DNA of 64,000 bases from the NCBI GenBank assembly GCA_963805625.1, contig CAWDVE010000019.1, positions 544,001 through 608,000 of the forward strand. The letters are read 5' to 3'. The stretch comes from an uncultured Candidatus Rokubacteria bacterium. GTDB lineage: Bacteria > Methylomirabilota > Methylomirabilia > Rokubacteriales > DASRDR01. This document shows positions 62,087 through 64,000 of the stretch, one piece after another. How positions within the stretch are numbered: the stretch's first letter is position 1; each line of letters starts with the position of its first letter. The position numbers were made by a program, and so were the translations under genes. A model generated the notes under the pieces. That model was not told the DNA's origin. It did not search any database and saw only the letters and a list, made by a program, of their open reading frames with translations.

Positions 62087-62824
62087 ATGCGATCGGATGG
62101 GCGGACCGCCCTGGTCACCGGCGCCGCGCGCGGGATCGGCCTGGCCATCGCCCGGCGGCTCGCCGAGGACGGGCTCCGGGTCGCTCTCCTCGATCTGGAC
62201 CGCGACCGAGTGGACGCGGCGGCGCGCGACGTGGGCGCGGGCGCCGTCGCCTTGGTCGCGGACGTTACCCGGAGCGCGGAGGTGGATGTCGCCGTGCGGA
62301 CCACCGTGGAGCGCTGGGGCCGGCTCGACGTCCTCGTGAACAACGCCGGCATCACGGGGCGCTCGTTCCCGATCTGGGAGCTCGACGACGCGGACTGGGA
62401 GCGCGTCTTGGCGGTTGACCTCACGAGCGTCTTCTACTGCTGCCGGGCGGCGATCCGGGTCATGCTCCGGCAGGGATCGGGGCGGATCGTCAACATCGCC
62501 TCGATCGCCGGCAAGGAGGGGAACCCGACCCTGGTCCCGTACTCCAGCGCGAAGGCTGGGGTGATCGGGCTCACGAAGGCCCTCGCGAAGGAGGTCGCCA
62601 CCCGAGGGATCCTGGTGAACGCCGTCGCGCCGGCCGTGATCGGCACCGAGCTCCTCCAGCAGATGGAGCGGAGCACGGTGGATCTCCTGATCTCCAAGAT
62701 CCCCATGGGCAGGGTGGGGCGGCCGGAGGAGGTCGCCGCGCTCGTGGCCTGGCTCGCCTCGGAGGAGTGCTCCTTCAGCACCGGCGCCGTGTACGACCTG
62801 TCCGGCGGCCGGGCGACCTACTAG
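62087..62824 (+). CDS. SDR family oxidoreductase (FabG-like)
   Basis: TGAARGIG, NNAG, YSSAK. Confidence 0.93.
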   Translation: MRSDGRTALVTGAARGIGLAIARRLAEDGLRVALLDLDRDRVDAAARDVGAGAVALVADVTRSAEVDVAVRTTVERWGRLDVLVNNAGITGRSFPIWELDDADWERVLAVDLTSVFYCCRAAIRVMLRQGSGRIVNIASIAGKEGNPTLVPYSSAKAGVIGLTKALAKEVATRGILVNAVAPAVIGTELLQQMERSTVDLLISKIPMGRVGRPEEVAALVAWLASEECSFSTGAVYDLSGGRATY

Positions 62825-62951
62825 GCTCCGTGGCAGAGCGCTGAGGGCGAGGCTTGGGATCACCGAGGCTCGCGAGAAGATCCACGGCTGAAGGGCTAAC
62901 GCGCTCCAACACGATTCCGTGTCGAGGCGATCTGAACCAGGAGGCGACGCG

Positions 62952-63254
62952 ATGGCGGGTGTCCTGACGGTGGTGGCGAGGATCCATCCGAAGGGGGGCC
63001 GGGAGAGCGAGGTCGAGGGCCTGCTCGTGAAGATGGCGGCGGCCGTGCGGCAGCACGAGCCCGACTGCCTGGTCTACCGGCCGCACCGCTCCACAGGTGA
63101 GCCGACGGTCTTCTACTTCTACGAGCAGTACCGCACTGACGCCGCGTTCGAGCTCCATCGGACCGCGTCGCATCTCGCCGGGTACCGGGCCGAGATGAAG
63201 GAGCTGGTCACGCGGCCGTCGGAGATCGAGCTCTACCGCTCGCTCACGGCCTGA
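62952..63254 (+). CDS. ABM (antibiotic biosynthesis monooxygenase/quinol monooxygenase-like) protein
   Basis: EPDCLVY, FYFYEQY, HRTASH; RBS AGGAGG. Confidence 0.88.
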   Translation: MAGVLTVVARIHPKGGRESEVEGLLVKMAAAVRQHEPDCLVYRPHRSTGEPTVFYFYEQYRTDAAFELHRTASHLAGYRAEMKELVTRPSEIELYRSLTA

Positions 63255-63256
63255 CG

Positions 63257-64000
63257 TCAGGCGGGGGCGGCGCTCGTCCGGGGGGCGGGCGCTTCCGATA
63301 TCGCCCACGCCATGAAGGCGGCGGTGCCCGAGAGCGCCGCGCCGGCGATGAAGAACGCCGTGTAGCTGCCGGTGAGGTCGTGGATGAGCCCGCCCGCGTA
63401 CGAGCCGACGGCGGACCCCAGCTGGTGGGTCAGCGACACCAGGCCGAACACGGTCCCCGCCGAGCGGCGGCTGAAGAGGATCGTGGAGAGCGCCGTGGTC
63501 GGTGCGACCGTGGAGAAGTCCACGATGCCGTACGCCACGGCGAAGACGAAGAGCGACGTCGGGTCCGTTGCGAACACGAGGTACACGAGCGTCACCGCGC
63601 GACCGGCGTAGATCCAGCCGAGCAGCCGCGTGTAGCCGAGCCGGTCGGAGATGGCGCCGGAGAGCGTCGTGAAGACCATGTTCACGAGCGAGAGGACGCC
63701 GAACGCGCTGGCGGCCGTCACGGCGGAGATGTGGTGGTCCTGGGCGTGGGGGATGAAGTGGGTGTCGATCAGCCCCCCCGTCGTCACGCCGCACACGAAG
63801 AAGGAGAGCGCGAGCCACCAGAAGTTGGCGTGGCGGAGGATCTCGTTCACGGCCATCGGGGATTCCGCGCGGGCCGCGGTCGCGCGGGCGCGGCCCGCGG
63901 CCTGGCCCGGGTCATCCCGGAGCAGGAGGAGGACGACCGGGAGCGCCACCACGAGGATGCCGACGCCCAGCCAGGCGAATGCGGCCCGCCAGCCAACGAC
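63257..64000 (-). CDS. MFS transporter, 5' part outside the window
   Basis: FWWLALSFFVCG, GAISDRLG, HQLGSAVG, GLIHDLTGSY. Confidence 0.9.
   Translation of the reverse strand, partial: VVGWRAAFAWLGVGILVVALPVVLLLLRDDPGQAAGRARATAARAESPMAVNEILRHANFWWLALSFFVCGVTTGGLIDTHFIPHAQDHHISAVTAASAFGVLSLVNMVFTTLSGAISDRLGYTRLLGWIYAGRAVTLVYLVFATDPTSLFVFAVAYGIVDFSTVAPTTALSTILFSRRSAGTVFGLVSLTHQLGSAVGSYAGGLIHDLTGSYTAFFIAGAALSGTAAFMAWAISEAPAPRTSAAPA

Overview
High-GC bacterial chromosomal window with about 55 protein-coding genes. Gene content suggests Ca. Rokubacteria/Methylomirabilota, but that is inference only. No rRNA, tRNA or CRISPR array was seen. Ordinary content: two MltA lytic transglycosylases, ampG-nagZ, pilT/pilU, a Liv-type ABC transporter, adh-aor, a CoxL-like molybdoenzyme subunit, LLM oxidoreductases, PduO, TerC, an SDR, an MFS transporter, and one DDE insertion sequence next to a visibly lower-GC patch. 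The most interesting signals are: (1) a tightly coupled six-gene operon (20356-29883, minus) of FabF, ACP, a variant Cys-His-Gln ketosynthase, a multi-TM sensor kinase, a His-to-Asp pseudokinase and a hybrid kinase, a candidate lipid-signal synthesis and sensing system; (2) a 102-bp repeat at two unrelated gene junctions that keeps an open 33-codon frame and translational coupling at both ends; (3) an MshEN-bearing PilB-like pseudo-ATPase in an operon with a receiver protein, PilT and PilU; (4) a signal-bearing small ORF ending in a RAPP arrest-like motif upstream of yjbQ; (5) repeated -10 boxes 6-9 nt before start codons, suggesting leaderless mRNAs. All family calls come from motif recognition by eye; no database searches were run.
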